Positions 16,748 through 26,262 of a DNA stretch of 48,557 nucleotides are shown here, piece by piece (the first letter of the stretch is position 1; each line of letters starts with the position of its first letter). The DNA lies in contig JAQUXD010000002.1 in the NCBI GenBank assembly GCA_028692535.1, forward strand, positions 1 to 48,557, in the 5' to 3' direction. A program made the translations under genes and the position numbers. The stretch comes from Eubacteriales bacterium. Lineage in GTDB: Bacteria > Bacillota > Clostridia > Peptostreptococcales > Anaerovoracaceae. Below the pieces are notes generated by a model, which did not search any database, was not told the DNA's origin, and worked only from the letters and a program-made list of their open reading frames with translations.

Positions 16748-17902
16748 ATGAAAGTCAGCAATAAAATTCTGTCCATGCCGCCATCGGGGATTCGGGCCAT
16801 GTTCGCCATGGCCGAAAAGTATGACGATGTGATCAGCTTTGGCCTGGGTGATACAGCATTTCCAACACCTGCCAATGTGATACGGGCGGCGCAACAGGCG
16901 TTTGAAGATGGGTACACCCATTATGTTTCCTGTCAGGGACTCAATGTGCTTCGGGAAGCAGTGGCTAAAAAGTCCAGGGAATTCAACGGCATTGACTGCA
17001 GCGGGGAAAATGTGCATATCGCCTTCGGCGCCGGCGCCGGGCTGTTGCTCACGTTTTTCACCCTGGTGGATCCGGGCGATGAAGTGATCGTCCATGCGCC
17101 CTGTTTTCCCAATTATCTTCAGTACATCGGCATGACCGGCGCCGTGCCTGTGGTGGTGAATACGTACGAAAAGGATCGATTCCGTGTGACGCCCCAGGCC
17201 CTGGAGGCAGCGATTACACCACGGACCCGCGCGATCCTGATCAATTCGCCTTGTAATCCTACCGGCGCGATCCTGGAAAAAGAAGATCTTGAAAAGATCG
17301 CCCAGGTCGCCCTGAAGCACGATCTGGTGATCGTTTCCGACGAACCTTATGAAACCATCATTTTTGACGGCAAGAAGCATTGCAGCATCGCTTCGTTGCC
17401 GGGCATGGCCGATCATGCGATCACGGTAAACAGCCTGTCAAAGACCTACGCCATGACCGGCTGGCGGATCGGCTATATCATCGCGCCCGTGGCAGTCCGG
17501 GAACAGATGACTTTATTGCAGGAAGCCATGGGCTCCAACGTTACCTCCGCCGTTCAGGTGGCGGCTGCCGAAGCGCTCAATGGTCCGCAGGATGCGGTCT
17601 GGGAAATGGCCAGAGCCTATGAAAAGCGCAGAAATATTCTGGTGGACGGACTCAACAGCATCAAGGGAATCTCCTGTCTGATGCCCGGCGGATCCTTCTA
17701 CGCTTTTGCGAACATCCGGGAGACCGGCATGACTTCCGACGCGCTGGCGCGCATGTTGCTGGAAAAAGTCCAGGTAGTCACCACGCCCGGCAATGCCTTC
17801 GGCGATTGCGGAGAAGGATATTTGAGACTGGTGTTCGCCCAGGAAGAAGCGACGATCGAAGCGGGGCTGGCACGGATCCGGAGCGTTCTCGGCAGCAAGT
17901 AA
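16748..17902 (+). CDS. pyridoxal-phosphate-dependent aminotransferase (class I/II, AspAT-like)
   Basis: 384 aa with NSLSKTYAMTGWRIGY (PLP lysine) and NSPCNPTG motifs. GGGAGGAGG RBS upstream. Confidence 0.9.
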   Translation: MKVSNKILSMPPSGIRAMFAMAEKYDDVISFGLGDTAFPTPANVIRAAQQAFEDGYTHYVSCQGLNVLREAVAKKSREFNGIDCSGENVHIAFGAGAGLLLTFFTLVDPGDEVIVHAPCFPNYLQYIGMTGAVPVVVNTYEKDRFRVTPQALEAAITPRTRAILINSPCNPTGAILEKEDLEKIAQVALKHDLVIVSDEPYETIIFDGKKHCSIASLPGMADHAITVNSLSKTYAMTGWRIGYIIAPVAVREQMTLLQEAMGSNVTSAVQVAAAEALNGPQDAVWEMARAYEKRRNILVDGLNSIKGISCLMPGGSFYAFANIRETGMTSDALARMLLEKVQVVTTPGNAFGDCGEGYLRLVFAQEEATIEAGLARIRSVLGSK

Positions 17903-17930
17903 ACTACAAAATCAAAGGAGAAACAACAAC

Positions 17931-19259
17931 ATGGATTGGAAACAGATCTATCAGGACAGGACGGTCGAAGCCCGGGAAGCCGTGGGGATGATCCAGTCAA
18001 GAGATGAAATATTTTTGGGGCACGCTGCGGCAGAGCCACGTTATTTGGTTCGAAAACTGCTGGAGCGCAAGGACGAACTGCAAGGCGTTCGACTGGTCCA
18101 GGGCTTGAACATCGGCGACGCGCCCTATGCGGCGCCCGAATACGAAGGGCATTTCATCGTGGAAACATTTTTTGCGGCCAACGGAAACCGGGAATGCCTT
18201 CAGGCCGGACGGGGCGCATTGCTTCCCATGCATTTTTATGCCCAACCCCGGGCGATCCGGGAGGGAAAGGTGGGATGTGATGTGGCTATGATCTCCTGCA
18301 CGCTTCCCGATGAAGCAGGCTACGTCAACATGGGATTGTCCTGCGATCAGACCCGGGTGATCGTGGAGAAGGCGAAACTGACCATTGCACAGGTGAATGA
18401 GCGTATGCCCTATGTTTGCGGGGATACGATGATCCACGTATCGGAGATCGATCGCTTCGTCCACTATGACGAAGAGCCCTATCAGATCCCGTTGCTGAAT
18501 CGGGACGATCCGGTGGCAGAGCAGATCGGCTACAATATTTCCACGCTGATCCGGGACGGGGACACCATTCAAATGGGTCAGGGGACGATCCCCAACGCGA
18601 TCCTGAAATTCCTGACCGACAAAAAGGATCTGGGTATCCACACGGAAGTGTTTTCCGACAACGTGCTGCCTCTGATCAAATCCGGCGTCATCAACGGCGC
18701 AGCCAAAACGCTGCACAACCGGAAGATCGTGGCCACTTTTATCCAAGGCACCCGCGATCTCTACGACTTTGTCGATCACAACAATATGATCCGTCTCTTC
18801 CCGGTGGACTACACCAACAGCGTAGGGATCATTTCCAAGAATGACAACATGGTGGCCATCTGCTCCGCCCTCCAGGTGGACCTGATGGGACAGGTGAACG
18901 CAGATTACATGGGATCCACGGTCTTCAGCGGTGTAGGCGGTCAGCTGGATTACATGCGCGGCGCCGAAGAAGCGAAAAACGGACGGCCCATCATCGCGCT
19001 TCCCTCCACGGCAAAAAAGGGAACCGTCTCCAGGATCGTAGCGCAGTTTGAGGCCGGCACGCCTGTGACGGCCAGCAGACACGAGGTTCACTATATCGTT
19101 ACGGAATACGGAGTCGCGGAGATCTTCGGCCTTACTTTGCGGGAGCGGGCAAGAGCGCTGATCGATATCGCCCATCCGGATTTCCGTGAACAGCTGGAAA
19201 GAGAGTTTGACGATTCCCTGCGAAAAGCAGGTATGAAAAACGGATTTACCATCGTATAG
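17931..19259 (+). CDS. acetyl-CoA hydrolase/transferase family protein (4-hydroxybutyrate / butyryl-CoA:acetate CoA-transferase type)
   Basis: 442 aa. The overall pattern (GMIQSRDEIFLGH..., GGQLDYMRGA, HYIVTEYG) matches the Cat1/Cat2/But-type CoA-transferase family. Confidence 0.82.
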   Translation: MDWKQIYQDRTVEAREAVGMIQSRDEIFLGHAAAEPRYLVRKLLERKDELQGVRLVQGLNIGDAPYAAPEYEGHFIVETFFAANGNRECLQAGRGALLPMHFYAQPRAIREGKVGCDVAMISCTLPDEAGYVNMGLSCDQTRVIVEKAKLTIAQVNERMPYVCGDTMIHVSEIDRFVHYDEEPYQIPLLNRDDPVAEQIGYNISTLIRDGDTIQMGQGTIPNAILKFLTDKKDLGIHTEVFSDNVLPLIKSGVINGAAKTLHNRKIVATFIQGTRDLYDFVDHNNMIRLFPVDYTNSVGIISKNDNMVAICSALQVDLMGQVNADYMGSTVFSGVGGQLDYMRGAEEAKNGRPIIALPSTAKKGTVSRIVAQFEAGTPVTASRHEVHYIVTEYGVAEIFGLTLRERARALIDIAHPDFREQLEREFDDSLRKAGMKNGFTIV

Positions 19260-19279
19260 TTCGCGTAGAGGAGGAAACA

Positions 19280-20263
19280 ATGGCAAAGTATAAGATCGTA
19301 GTCACCGACTGGGCGGAATATGACAATCTGGACAACGAAAGACGGATCCTGGCACAGTTGGGCGACGTGGAAGTGCTGGACTATTTCTGTAAGGAAGAAG
19401 CGGACATTCTTCCGATCGTGGAGGATTGCGACGCGCTGATCGCCCAGTTTGGCAAGATCACTTCGAACGTGATCGACGCCATGAAAAAGTGCAAGGTCAT
19501 CTGCAGGTACGGCATCGGCACCGACGGAACAGACATCCCCGCGGCCACCGCAAAGAACATTTGCGTCTGCAATGTAAACGACTATTGCAGGGACGAGGTT
19601 TCTACTCACGCCATGGCGTTCCTGCTGGACGCCAACCGGCGAATCACCCAGACGACTCAACGTTTGAAGGGCGGAGAATGGTATAAGCTTGGCATTGAGA
19701 TTCCCAGCTTGCAGGAGAGCACTGTGGGGCTCATCAGCTTCGGTCGGATCGCCAGAGCCACTGCCGAAAAGCTGCGTCCTTTCTGCCGGAACATCTGGGC
19801 CGTGGACAAATACGTGGACGACGAAGTGATGCGCAAAGAAGGCGTGGAGCCCAAGAGCACGGAAGAGATCCTGGCGGGTGCCGATTACATCATCATCCAT
19901 GCTCCACTGACCGACGAAACATTCCACATGTTTAATAAAGAAGCATTTAAGAAGATGAAACCCACGGCCACCCTCATCAACGTGGGCCGCGGGGCCATCG
20001 TGGATACGGATGATCTGGTCTGGGCGCTGGAGAATAAAGAGATCGGCTACGCTTGCATCGATGTGTTTGAAAAGGAGCCGCTGGATAAGGAGCATCCTAT
20101 CCTGAAAATGGAAAACGTTTCGCTGACGCCCCACAGAGCCTGGCATTCCAATGAATCCCAGAAAACCCTCCAGTCTGCTCCCGCAGACGAGATCGTTCGG
20201 GTCCTTACGGGAAAGAAGCCGGTGAACCTGGTCAACAAAGAATTGGAAAAGTTGTTCGATTGA
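19280..20263 (+). CDS. D-isomer-specific 2-hydroxyacid dehydrogenase (CtBP-like, NAD-binding)
   Basis: 327 aa with the GxGxxG-type GLISFGRIA motif and NVGRGAIVD, DVFEKEP and TPH motifs of the D-2-HADH family. Confidence 0.85.
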   Translation: MAKYKIVVTDWAEYDNLDNERRILAQLGDVEVLDYFCKEEADILPIVEDCDALIAQFGKITSNVIDAMKKCKVICRYGIGTDGTDIPAATAKNICVCNVNDYCRDEVSTHAMAFLLDANRRITQTTQRLKGGEWYKLGIEIPSLQESTVGLISFGRIARATAEKLRPFCRNIWAVDKYVDDEVMRKEGVEPKSTEEILAGADYIIIHAPLTDETFHMFNKEAFKKMKPTATLINVGRGAIVDTDDLVWALENKEIGYACIDVFEKEPLDKEHPILKMENVSLTPHRAWHSNESQKTLQSAPADEIVRVLTGKKPVNLVNKELEKLFD

Positions 20264-20313
20264 TCCGAAGAAAAATAAAGCAGTCTGATGTTTGGATCCG
20301 GAGCAAAGCAGAA

Positions 20314-20344
20314 AAACGCGGCAGCCGTGGGCTGCCGCGTTTTA
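20314..20344 (+). terminator. intrinsic terminator
   Basis: AAAACGCGGCAGCC-GTG-GGCTGCCGCGTTTT. Confidence 0.85.
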
Positions 20345-20369
20345 TCGTATTCGGAAAGCGGCGGACATC

Positions 20370-20399
20370 TTGTACGCAGGCAAGCTTATGTGATAAAAT
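20370..20399 (+). promoter_or_regulatory. candidate extended -10 promoter for truA
   Basis: TTGTAC, 18-nt spacer, TGaTAAAAT. The -10 ends 8 nt before the truA ATG. Confidence 0.45.
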
Positions 20400-20407
20400 A
20401 CTTTAAT

Positions 20408-21175
20408 ATGGTTGAAGAGAAAAATATCCTGCTTACAATCGCATATGACGGAACGGATTTTTCCGGCTGGCAACGCCAGCCCCATGCGCGGACGGTGTGC
20501 GGAGAACTGGAAGGTCTTTTGTCGACCGTCTGCGGGATCCCCGTGGAGCTTTTCGGCGCGAGCCGAACCGACGCGGGCGTGCATGCCCGCGGGCAGTCTG
20601 CCAGTTTTTCGGGCAGGATGGGCATCCCGGCCTCGGGCATCGTAAGGGCCGTCAACGATGCGCTTTCACAAAACCGCCTGGAGCGGATCGGAGAAATCCG
20701 GATCGTTTCGGCCCTGGAAAAACCCATGGGTTTTCACGCCCGCTACGACGCCAAAGGCAAACGGTACCGATACAGGATCCGAAATGCCGACAGCGCAGAT
20801 CTTTTTTTGCGCAACTATTGTTATCAGGTGACGGAATCGTTGGATACGGAAGCCATGAGGGAAGCCGCATCGTTCCTGATAGGCGAACAGGATTTTCGCT
20901 GTTTTCTGTCCGCCGGGGGGAATCCGCAAAAGACCACGGTCCGACGCATCGACAGCTGCAGCGTGGAAAAACAGGATGACGAAATCATCCTGACCGTTTC
21001 CGGAAGCGGGTTCTTATACCACATGGTACGCAACATCACCGGCACTTTGGTGGAGATCGGCGCAGGCAAGCGACCGCCGGAGCAGATGAAGCAGATCCTG
21101 GAAAGCCGTGACCGGTCCAAGTCCGGTCATACGGCGCCGCCTCAGGGGTTGTATTTGGAAGAAGTGTTTTACTGA
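20408..21175 (+). CDS. truA: tRNA pseudouridine(38-40) synthase
   Basis: NILLTIAYDGTDFSGWQRQ and SRTDAGVHA (catalytic Asp) motifs. The tracked 20288 start runs through the upstream terminator and was rejected. Confidence 0.9.
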   Translation: MVEEKNILLTIAYDGTDFSGWQRQPHARTVCGELEGLLSTVCGIPVELFGASRTDAGVHARGQSASFSGRMGIPASGIVRAVNDALSQNRLERIGEIRIVSALEKPMGFHARYDAKGKRYRYRIRNADSADLFLRNYCYQVTESLDTEAMREAASFLIGEQDFRCFLSAGGNPQKTTVRRIDSCSVEKQDDEIILTVSGSGFLYHMVRNITGTLVEIGAGKRPPEQMKQILESRDRSKSGHTAPPQGLYLEEVFY

Positions 21176-21190
21176 CAGGAAAGGACAACG

Positions 21191-21646
21191 ATGGAAAAGG
21201 ACAGACGTCCCTCGTGGGATGAGTATTTTATGGAAATGGCCCAGGTCGTGCGCAAGCGTTCGACTTGCCTTCGCCGGTCCGTTGGCGCTGTGATCGTCAT
21301 GGATCATCGAATTATGACCACCGGATACAACGGTGTCCCCGTGGGGATCGAACACTGCGAAACGCGGGGCTGCCTGCGGGAAGAGCTGCAAGTGCCTTCC
21401 GGAGAACGTCACGAATTGTGCAGAGGCCTCCACGCCGAGCAAAACGCCATCATCCAAGCCGCGTACCTCGGTCAGCGCATCGCCGGAGCTACGCTCTACT
21501 GCACGACGCAGCCCTGCGTGATCTGTGCAAAGATGATCATCAACGCCGGTATCCGACGTGTTGTTATACAAGAGACTTACCCCGATGAGCTGGCCGAAGC
21601 GATGTTTCGGGAGGCCGGCATCCGGGTTGACGTCATGGGAGACTGA
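21191..21646 (+). CDS. deoxycytidylate (dCMP) deaminase, ComEB-type
   Basis: [12 protein letters not shown] terminus with HAEQNA and PCVICAKMI zinc motifs. Confidence 0.9.
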   Translation: MEKDRRPSWDEYFMEMAQVVRKRSTCLRRSVGAVIVMDHRIMTTGYNGVPVGIEHCETRGCLREELQVPSGERHELCRGLHAEQNAIIQAAYLGQRIAGATLYCTTQPCVICAKMIINAGIRRVVIQETYPDELAEAMFREAGIRVDVMGD

Positions 21647-21651
21647 TTCGA

Positions 21652-22737
21652 ATGAGCGAACTTTTATACGTATTCATCATCGCTGCGCTGGTGACGGCCG
21701 TGTTCACGCCGCTGGCCATACGCCTGGCGCCGCTCATCGGAGCCATGGACGTGCCCAAAGACAACCGCCGGGTCCACGGAAAACCGATTCCCCGTTTAGG
21801 CGGCCTGGCCATTTATCTTGGGATTCTGGTCTCTTTTTATCGGCTGCTGCCCTGGAGCGAACAGATCTTTGGCATCGTACTGGGGGGCACCCTCATGCTG
21901 GCCATCGGCATTTACGATGACATCAAATGCCTGAATCCGAAAGCGAAGCTGGCAGGACAGATCCTATGCGCCCTGATCATCTTCTTTTTCAGCGTGCAGA
22001 TCCGAGGCATGACCAACATACTGCCCATCGGTCCGCACTATTTGATCTTTCCGATGTGGCTCTCCCTGATCGTGACGGTATTCTGGGTCGTGGGCATAAC
22101 GAATACCGTGAATCTGGTCGATGGCCTGGACGGTCTGGCGGCGGGCATCGTCTGCATTGCCTGTCTGTCCGTAGCCTATACTTCGGCCATGAGCGGCCGT
22201 CTGGGCACCGCATATATCATTCTGGCCGTGGCAGGCGCGACTCTTGGCTTTCTTATCTTCAACTTTTATCCGGCAAAGATTTTTATGGGAGACGGCGGAT
22301 CCATGCTTCTGGGTTTTATGCTTGCCAGTGTTTCCCTGGTCGGAGATACGCCGACCAAGGGAACCACGTTGTTCGCCACCGTACTTCCCGTGATGATTTT
22401 GGCGCTTCCAATCTTTGATACTCTTTTTGCCATCGTGCGGCGCATGGTCAACAAAAAGCCCATCATGCAGGCCGATAAAGGGCATCTTCACCACCGAATC
22501 ATGGCCATGGGCTTCGGCCAGCGCAGGACGGTTCTGGCGCTGTATTCCATCAGCGCGATCATGGGCGTGGCCGGCATTCTTTGGAGTTCGGAGATGAGGC
22601 TGGAAGCCATGGCGCTGTTTTTGATCGCCTCCTGCCTGATCGTGATCTTTCTCGGGATCGGCATCGTGGACGTTAGCACAGGTCGAGCGAAAGAAAGAAA
22701 AGTGGTTCTTCCGAAAGAAAAAGAGGATTGCAGATGA
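21652..22737 (+). CDS. tagO: undecaprenyl-phosphate GlcNAc-1-phosphate transferase (MraY/WecA family, TagO-like)
   Basis: 361-aa polytopic protein with HGKPIPRLGGLAIY, NLVDGLDGLA and FMGDGGS motifs. Confidence 0.88.
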   Translation: MSELLYVFIIAALVTAVFTPLAIRLAPLIGAMDVPKDNRRVHGKPIPRLGGLAIYLGILVSFYRLLPWSEQIFGIVLGGTLMLAIGIYDDIKCLNPKAKLAGQILCALIIFFFSVQIRGMTNILPIGPHYLIFPMWLSLIVTVFWVVGITNTVNLVDGLDGLAAGIVCIACLSVAYTSAMSGRLGTAYIILAVAGATLGFLIFNFYPAKIFMGDGGSMLLGFMLASVSLVGDTPTKGTTLFATVLPVMILALPIFDTLFAIVRRMVNKKPIMQADKGHLHHRIMAMGFGQRRTVLALYSISAIMGVAGILWSSEMRLEAMALFLIASCLIVIFLGIGIVDVSTGRAKERKVVLPKEKEDCR

Positions 22738-23852
22738 AGATCATGACGGTATTCGGAACTCGGCCCGAGGCTATTAAAATGGCACCTCTGGTCAAAGCCC
22801 TGGAACGAGAAGAAGGGATCGAATCCGTGCTGTGCGTCACCGCCCAGCACCGAAGCATGCTGGATCAGGTGCTGAACCTGTTCGAGTTGACGCCGAAATA
22901 CGACCTGGATATCATGCAGCCCGGTCAGACGATTTCCATGATCACATCCCACGTGCTCAACGGCATGGACCGGATCCTGGAGAAGGAGCATCCGGAGTTG
23001 GTTCTGGTTCATGGCGACACCTCCACGACATTTGCCACGGCGCTGTCCTGTTTTTATCATCAGATCCCCGTGGGGCACGTGGAGGCGGGGCTTCGGACAC
23101 ACAACCGATATTCTCCGTTTCCCGAAGAAATCAATCGGGTGCTCACCGGCCATATCGCCGATCTTCATTTTGCGCCCACCATCCGCAATCGGGACAATCT
23201 GCTGCGGGAAGGTCTTCCGGCAGAACGGATCTTCGTCACCGGCAACACGGTGATCGACGCTCTTCTTCAGGTCGCCGACAAGCCTTATGAATTTCAGGAT
23301 GAAGTTCTTTCAAAGATCGATTTCGCAGCAAAAAGAGTGATCACCGTTACCTGTCATCGCCGGGAAAACCTGGGCGAATACATGGACAACATCTTCGGCG
23401 CCATCGGGCAGATCGCCAGGGAATTTCCCGATGTGGAGGTCGTGTATCCTGTTCATTTGAATCCCAAGGTCCGGGAAGCCGCCCGGCGGCATTTGGGCAA
23501 GATTTCCAACGTACACCTGATACAGCCGCTTACCTATCAACCGTTTGTGCGGCTTATGGCCGGGTCTTATTTGGTCATTACCGATTCGGGCGGCATGCAG
23601 GAAGAAGCCCCTGCTCTGGGAAAACCTGTGTTGGTGGTTCGCAGAGAAACGGAACGGCCCGAAGCGGTGGAAGCCGGCACAGTGAAGCTGGCCGGTGTGG
23701 AACGGGAAACCATCTACGAGATGGCGCGAACATTGCTGACCGATCCGTCGGCTTATCAGGCTATGGCCAAAGCCGTCAATCCATACGGAGACGGGCATGC
23801 CTGCCGCCGCATCATCGATGTTCTTAAAAGAGGCGAGTTCGATGCGGAATGA
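22734..23852 (+). CDS. mnaA: UDP-N-acetylglucosamine 2-epimerase (non-hydrolysing)
   Basis: MKIMTVFGTRPEAIKMAPL, HVEAGLRT and TDSGGMQEEAP motifs. I chose the ATG at 22734, an ATGA overlap with the tagO stop preceded by GAGGA, over the TTG at 22728. Confidence 0.92.
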   Translation: MKIMTVFGTRPEAIKMAPLVKALEREEGIESVLCVTAQHRSMLDQVLNLFELTPKYDLDIMQPGQTISMITSHVLNGMDRILEKEHPELVLVHGDTSTTFATALSCFYHQIPVGHVEAGLRTHNRYSPFPEEINRVLTGHIADLHFAPTIRNRDNLLREGLPAERIFVTGNTVIDALLQVADKPYEFQDEVLSKIDFAAKRVITVTCHRRENLGEYMDNIFGAIGQIAREFPDVEVVYPVHLNPKVREAARRHLGKISNVHLIQPLTYQPFVRLMAGSYLVITDSGGMQEEAPALGKPVLVVRRETERPEAVEAGTVKLAGVERETIYEMARTLLTDPSAYQAMAKAVNPYGDGHACRRIIDVLKRGEFDAE

Positions 23853-25222
23853 ATAGATTGCGTGCGGATAAGGATTTTTACAAAACACTGGCCGCAGTCG
23901 CCCTGCCCATTGCCTTGCAGAGCCTGATTTCTTCTTCGCTTACACTGGTGGACAATCTGATGGTGGGTCAGCTGGGCGAAAGCGCGCTGGGCAGTGTGGG
24001 GTTGGCGATCCAGATCTTCCATGTACAGTGGATGGTCCTTTTTGGCTTTTGCACAGGCTGTTCTACGTTTACCACGCAGTTCTGGGGTGTTCGGGACGTG
24101 CCAAGTATCCGCAAGGTGGCGGGGTTGGGCATGACCACCTGTCTCTCGGTGAGCGCCTTCTTTTTTCTTGTAGCCGTGGCAGCTCCCGGCTTTGTCCTTC
24201 GGATTTTTACCGATATTCCGGAGGCCGTGGAAACAGGAAGCCTTTATGTGCGCATGGCCGCGCCCAGTTTTTTGTTCCTCGCTGTGACGCAACCTCTGTC
24301 GGCAACGTTCCGGGCCACACAGCAGACGAAAATCCCTCTGTATGTCTCGTCCTTTGCCTTCGGGCTCAATACGCTGCTGAACTATGTGCTGATCTTCGGC
24401 CATTTCGGATTTCCCGCCATGGGCATCAGCGGGGCGGCCCTGGCTACGATGATCTCCAGGATGGTGGAATGCGGATGGATGCTGTCGATCATTCTGTCCC
24501 GGAAAAATATTCTGTCGGGCAAGTTGAAGGATTTCTTTTCTTTCAATCTGAACTTTGTGCGCCGGGTGTTTCGAAATGCAATGCCCACCACTGTCAACGA
24601 AGGCCTGTGGGGCGCGGCGGATGCGGCTTACAATGCAGCCTATGGCCGCCTGGGCATCACGGCTTATGCGGCGGTGCAGGCATCCAGCACCATCATGAAT
24701 CTGTTCGCGTATGCGGCGTTCAGCATAGGGGATGCCTCCCTGATCCTGGTGGGCGAGCGGCTGGGCCGGGGCGACAAAGAGGGGGCCATGATCCTTTCCG
24801 GAAAACTGATCCGTGTAGGCATCACCGTGGGTGTGGTTTTCGGAGGATTCATGATCCTGTTGTCCGGACCGATCCTGGGGCTTTTCGAGTTGTCAGCCCA
24901 AGGTATTTTCCTGGCCAAACGGGTCATACTGATCAAAGGTTTGTTTTTACCGCTTGCCATGTACATCGTGATCCACATCACCGGCACGCTGCGTTCCGGC
25001 GGAGATACGAAATTTGCCATGTTTTGCGAGGTGGGAACCATGTGGTTCATCGGTGTGCCGCTGGCTTTTCTGGGGGCGCTGTGCCTGGATTTGCCGGTAT
25101 ACACGGTCGTGCTCATGGTCCAGGCGGAAAGTCTCATCAAGTCACTGATCCTGCAGAAACGTTACCGATCCGGGAAGTGGCTCAAAAATATGATCCAGGG
25201 GATGAATGAAGGAGGAGAATAA
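23849..25222 (+). CDS. MATE family efflux transporter
   Basis: 457 aa, 12-TM pattern, with ALPIALQSLISSSLTLVDNLMVGQLGESALGSVGL typical of MATE. ATGA overlap with mnaA. Confidence 0.88.
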   Translation: MNRLRADKDFYKTLAAVALPIALQSLISSSLTLVDNLMVGQLGESALGSVGLAIQIFHVQWMVLFGFCTGCSTFTTQFWGVRDVPSIRKVAGLGMTTCLSVSAFFFLVAVAAPGFVLRIFTDIPEAVETGSLYVRMAAPSFLFLAVTQPLSATFRATQQTKIPLYVSSFAFGLNTLLNYVLIFGHFGFPAMGISGAALATMISRMVECGWMLSIILSRKNILSGKLKDFFSFNLNFVRRVFRNAMPTTVNEGLWGAADAAYNAAYGRLGITAYAAVQASSTIMNLFAYAAFSIGDASLILVGERLGRGDKEGAMILSGKLIRVGITVGVVFGGFMILLSGPILGLFELSAQGIFLAKRVILIKGLFLPLAMYIVIHITGTLRSGGDTKFAMFCEVGTMWFIGVPLAFLGALCLDLPVYTVVLMVQAESLIKSLILQKRYRSGKWLKNMIQGMNEGGE

Positions 25223-26103
25223 TGAAATTCTATATTGCAGATGCTTTTACCGACCAACTCTTTGGCGGCAATCCCGCCGGAGTCGTTCTGATTCCCGAGG
25301 GGGCGGATTTTCTTCCGGAGGAGATCATGCGCAAGACGGCGGCGGAACTGCGCTACTCCGAGACCGCTTTTATTCGTGCGCTGGGTGAAAACCGCTTCCA
25401 CCTCCGGTATTTTACACCGGCGGCAGAAGTGGATCTGTGCGGCCATGCGACCATCGCTTCCTTCTGTGTGCTGCAAAGCGAAGGTCTGATCGAAAGCGGC
25501 AAGACCTGCATTGCACACACCCTGGCCGGCGACCTGGAGATCCGCATCTCACCGGAATCGGTATTCATGGATATGGGCGAAGCCAAAACCTTCGGGCTTA
25601 TCGATCAAACGGATAAGCTGGAAGAGCTCTACGGAGTTATGGGGCTGGCGGCGGAAATCCCCTCTGCGGGGGGACAGCCACTTTATCCGGAAATGGTTTC
25701 CACAGGGCTGACCGATATTATGCTTGCAGTCAAAGATGAAGAGACGCTGGCGGCGATTCGGCCGGATTTCCCGGCTTTGTCGGCCCTGTCGGACGCCTAC
25801 GGCGTTACCGGCGTCCACGCGTTTACGGCTCCGGATGCCGCGGGCCGCGTGCACTGCCGGAATTTTGCGCCGTTGTACGACATCGACGAAGAAGCGGCCA
25901 CGGGGACTTCCAACGGTGCGCTTACCTATTATCTCTACAGAAAAGACTTGCTCCGCGCCGGAGACGAAAACCTCTTTATTCAGGGCGAAGCCATGGATCG
26001 TCCGTCGAAGATCCTCAGCCGGCTCACGGAAGGATCGGACGGTCTCAGGATACAAGTCGGAGGATCTGCGGTGATCCTGGCGAAAGGGAGCATTAATTTA
26101 TAA
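25222..26103 (+). CDS. PhzF family isomerase-like protein
   Basis: MKFYIADAFTDQLFGGNPAGVV, SETAFI and CGHATIA motifs. TAATG 1-nt overlap with the MATE stop. Confidence 0.88.
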   Translation: MKFYIADAFTDQLFGGNPAGVVLIPEGADFLPEEIMRKTAAELRYSETAFIRALGENRFHLRYFTPAAEVDLCGHATIASFCVLQSEGLIESGKTCIAHTLAGDLEIRISPESVFMDMGEAKTFGLIDQTDKLEELYGVMGLAAEIPSAGGQPLYPEMVSTGLTDIMLAVKDEETLAAIRPDFPALSALSDAYGVTGVHAFTAPDAAGRVHCRNFAPLYDIDEEAATGTSNGALTYYLYRKDLLRAGDENLFIQGEAMDRPSKILSRLTEGSDGLRIQVGGSAVILAKGSINL

Positions 26104-26233
26104 GGCATATTTTGGATTTATTGCCGATTAGGAGATAAAAATCCCACCCCTTGAGAAATATCTTTTCGATCATTTGGAATTGTTCCGATATGGGTGGAAA
26201 ATCATCGGAATTTCGAATCGAGGGGTTGTTTTC

Positions 26234-26262
26234 TTGCATGTTGCAGCCATACTTGCTATAAT
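26234..26262 (+). promoter_or_regulatory. candidate promoter of the V-type ATPase operon
   Basis: TTGCAT (26234-26239), 17-nt spacer, consensus TATAAT (26257-26262). Confidence 0.55.

Noticed and set aside
16599-16751. 50-codon upstream ORF (MHLDFRLQRLFDLAEACEVARKDW...) ending in an ATGA overlap with the aminotransferase start
   Set aside because: It has no Shine-Dalgarno, its ATG lies inside the best candidate -10 element, and the peptide has no recognisable features. It would be worth a glance only if ribosome profiling shows occupancy.
20288-20407. Upstream start for truA
   Set aside because: The extension would be translated through the intrinsic terminator at 20314-20344. The conserved TruA N terminus starts at 20408.
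26104-26233. Possible small RNA or terminator between the PhzF-family gene and the V-ATPase promoter (CCACCC ... GGGTGG pairing, GGAATTGTTCC mini-hairpin)
   Set aside because: The stems are short with a loop of about 42 nt, there is no U-tract on the plus strand, and no promoter is in front. It is not distinguishable from chance.
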